Under the pieces are notes generated by a model. That model was given only the letters and a program-made list of their open reading frames with translations, made no database searches and was not told the DNA's origin. Source: Octopus sinensis (lineage: Eukaryota). Taken from it: DNA of 64,000 nucleotides. Shown piece after piece: positions 61,330 through 64,000 of the stretch (position 1 is its first letter; every line of letters begins with the position of its first letter). The stretch spans positions 107,074,001 through 107,138,000 of the forward strand of contig NC_042999.1 of NCBI RefSeq assembly GCF_006345805.1, written 5' to 3'. The position numbers and the translations under genes were made by a program.

Positions 61330-62300
61330 GGTTGTTATCTTTAGAATATTTTTAAAGAGAAATCATAGTATATTCATTTCATTTACAACTTTACGTTTAT
61401 TTGAGAATATTGTATCTCAAATCCATAAGCCATTGATCCCCAACTGCAGACAAGATGACATAGATTTCTCAAAATACATCCCAACGACTGTCCCAGATGT
61501 AACTATTCTAATGAGCTTTGACATTAATAACCTCTTCACTAACATACCACACATTTTAAGCATAGAAGTAATCGGATACTGGGTTGATAAACAGAGAAAT
61601 GATAAATTAATGGTTCAAAGCAGATTTATTACCAATGATATACACTAAATACTGAAAAGAACACCTTCAGCTTTGACATAAAACAAATAGATAGATAAAG
61701 GGAACAGCTATGGTCACAAAAGTAGCACTCTCATAAGCTAGGATGGTGATGGGTTACCGAGAAGAAAAAAGAATGTTATTGAAAAGTGGAAATGTTTCCT
61801 TAGTGACTGCTTTATATGCAGGAGCCAATCAAATGAAGAATTTCAAGCATTTTATATTCTGAACACCTTTCGGCCATCTATTAAATTCACAGGAGAAACC
61901 ATACAGCCACATAGAAGAATGTAATTCCAAAGTAATGACTAACATGTTTTACAAAAATAAATATATAATAAAATAACGTTTGGAAATTGGATCCAATATA
62001 AATTTAAAAACCGATAATTGTTTTCAAATAAATGCAAACATGAACTGCAAAACAAGAAATCTATTACATTGCATAACCTGTCACACCTGTAAAGACTTTA
62101 CACCGGTTATATTAGAAGCTGCCCTTGTGAACGAGGAAGAACACATAAGCAGCAGACAAGTCAACAAGGATTACAGAGGATCTCATTGAGCATGCAAACT
62201 CAAGATTTTCCCATTCTATAAATACCCAAGAGAAGATTCAAAATATCAGGAAGAAATGGAAAAACGATTTATCAAAGCATTTACACTGAAATTAAATGCA
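61330..62300 (+). mobile_element. Penelope-like RT plus GIY-YIG remnant
   Basis: DDIDF...LMSFDINNLFTNIPH; KGTAMVTKVA; PSIKFT; CKTRNLLHCITCHTCK; KIFPF...FIKAFTLKLNA*. Confidence 0.8.
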
Positions 62301-62949
62301 TAAAATCTCTCTTTATAGATACATGGAAAATTTTATAAAAGAATGACTTTTCGAGATACACCATATCAAGTTACTAATAGATGTTAATGGTGATGTCATT
62401 ACAAAAAAGAATACTGAAAAATACTTAAACAATCATCACACAAGTGTTTGTTAAAACAAATGCATACACATACAAGTGTATATAAAAACCCATTCACATA
62501 TCTTGAACAAAAACCAGTCAAATGTTTAATGACTTGCACAGATTATTGAAATTGATAAACAGTTAAACTTTACTGGACTAACTCATCATCAAAACAAACA
62601 TCCCAGAAATCTTTTCAGCTTACAATTCTTTATATATAGTGTAACTAATAAACAGGTGGCCCTTTTGGACAAAGAAATCATCCAAATCTCTTCAAAAAGT
62701 AACCCTACCTGAAAGTCACTTGTCCCTTGTTTAAATATTCACCAAATACACACACACACACATACACACATTATTATAGATTCAAAACAACAAAAGATGG
62801 TAGGCCTAACTTCTTAGGAGAGCACTCCTAAAACCCATTAATTCTTTGTGCAATGGTCCAGACTCAAATTCATTATGAATATTCAAATTTCTGTCATTTT
62901 CCAACAAACAGATAACATCACTCATGCATATATATATATATATATATAT

Positions 62950-63294
62950 GAAGGCGCATGGCTCAGTGGTTAGAGCGTCGAGCTTACGATCGTGAGGTTG
63001 TGAGCTCGAATCCCAGACCGGGCTGCGTGTTGTGTTCTCGTGCAAGGCACTTTATTTCACGTTGCTCCAGTTCACTCAGCTGTAGAAATGAGTTGCGACG
63101 TCACTGGTGCCAAGCTGTATCGACCTTTGTCTTTCCCTTGGATAACACTGGTGGCGTGGAGAGGGGAGGCTGGTATGCATGGGCGACTGCTGGCCTTCCA
63201 TAAAAACAACCTTGCCCAGACTTGTGTCTAGGAGGGTAACTTTCTAGGTGCAATCCCATGGTCATTCATGACCGAAGGGGGTCTTTACCCTTTT
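62950..63294 (+). mobile_element. SINE family C, full length and relatively young
   Basis: GGCGCATGGCTCAGTGGTTAGAGCGTCGAGCTTACGATCGTGAGGTTGTGAGCTCGAATCCC tRNA-like head with CpGs retained. Confidence 0.9.
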
Positions 63295-63593
63295 ATATAT
63301 ATATACACATACATACATACGTACATACATACGTACATACATACACACGTACATACATATATTGATAGAAATAGTAAGACAACAAAAGAATGAATGTTAC
63401 AAGCTAGCCAACTAGTCCCTTTGTTATCACCCAACCTGCTAAATATAGTACCAATCTTGATTATATTAAAATAGATAGGCTGTCTCAATATATTCACAAA
63501 ATGAAGACAATCAATAAACAATGTAATCCCTAATATACAAATTGTCACATATTACATTTACATATATATATACATATACATACATATACATAC

Positions 63594-63655
<62 letters not shown>

Positions 63656-63665
63656 TATATATATA
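63295..63665. repeat. (CATA)n and (AT)n microsatellites flanking a short unique spacer
   Basis: Direct observation. Confidence 0.85.
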
Positions 63666-64000
63666 AAGTAATATACACAATAATTTTCAATTTCTAAAAA
63701 AATCCATGAGAAATAAAAGCAGTAAAAGAGTATAAGTAATAAAAAAAATATTCTGTCAGCTTCTAGTTATTTTCTTGTTTTATTCTTTTATCAATATATA
63801 AAATCTGTACACTACTACAAACATGCTATACATATGTGGGTGGACATACAGATACACACACACATATATATATGATTCAATTTAATATATTCCTAAAGTC
63901 ACAATGAAATGCAAGCAATTTGTTTCCTTTACTATCTCAGTCATTCACACAGCTCAGCTTATAAAGGTTTCAATCCACAGAGCATATAATAGTTTCAAAC

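Noticed and set aside
62950-63025. tRNA-like sequences (also 10610-10682, 21275-21345, 38950-39022, 55010-55082, 57019-57102)
   Set aside because: Acceptor stems do not close, and each continues into a shared SINE body; they are SINE heads, not tRNA genes.
621-63548. Dozens of ORFs rich in Y/I/H/T/C/V/M (e.g. 621, 8012, 11596, 12348, 18028, 18257, 22281, 45134, 52896, 53137)
   Set aside because: Translations of AT/GT/CATA/TATC microsatellites that lack stop codons; no coding signal.

Overview
AT-rich, repeat-dense eukaryotic DNA. The SINE/RTE repertoire and microsatellite density resemble an octopus (cephalopod) genome; this is inferred, not proven. No long intact protein-coding ORF is present, and most ORF-track entries are microsatellite or transposon artefacts. 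Contents: many tRNA-headed SINEs (about four families, labelled A-D here for convenience); RTE, CR1 and RLE-type LINE fragments; at least six Penelope-like (PLE) remnants; a full-length but frameshifted D,D34D mariner (33071-34359) plus two older mariners; two non-autonomous Helitrons; a piggyBac-type MITE; several long inverted repeats. Most interesting signals: (1) a 303-bp tRNA-headed SINE-like insert carrying a minimal hammerhead ribozyme, with a 6-bp TSD, inside a long palindrome (56800-57102); (2) further degenerate hammerhead-like motifs at PLE-type ends (39116, 53124, possibly 1-30 and 43900); (3) three tiny phase-compatible candidate exons (3782, 14588, 27109) that splice into one open peptide, suggesting the left half is intronic sequence of an unidentified + strand gene. 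Degenerate repeat boundaries are approximate. Nothing was database-searched.
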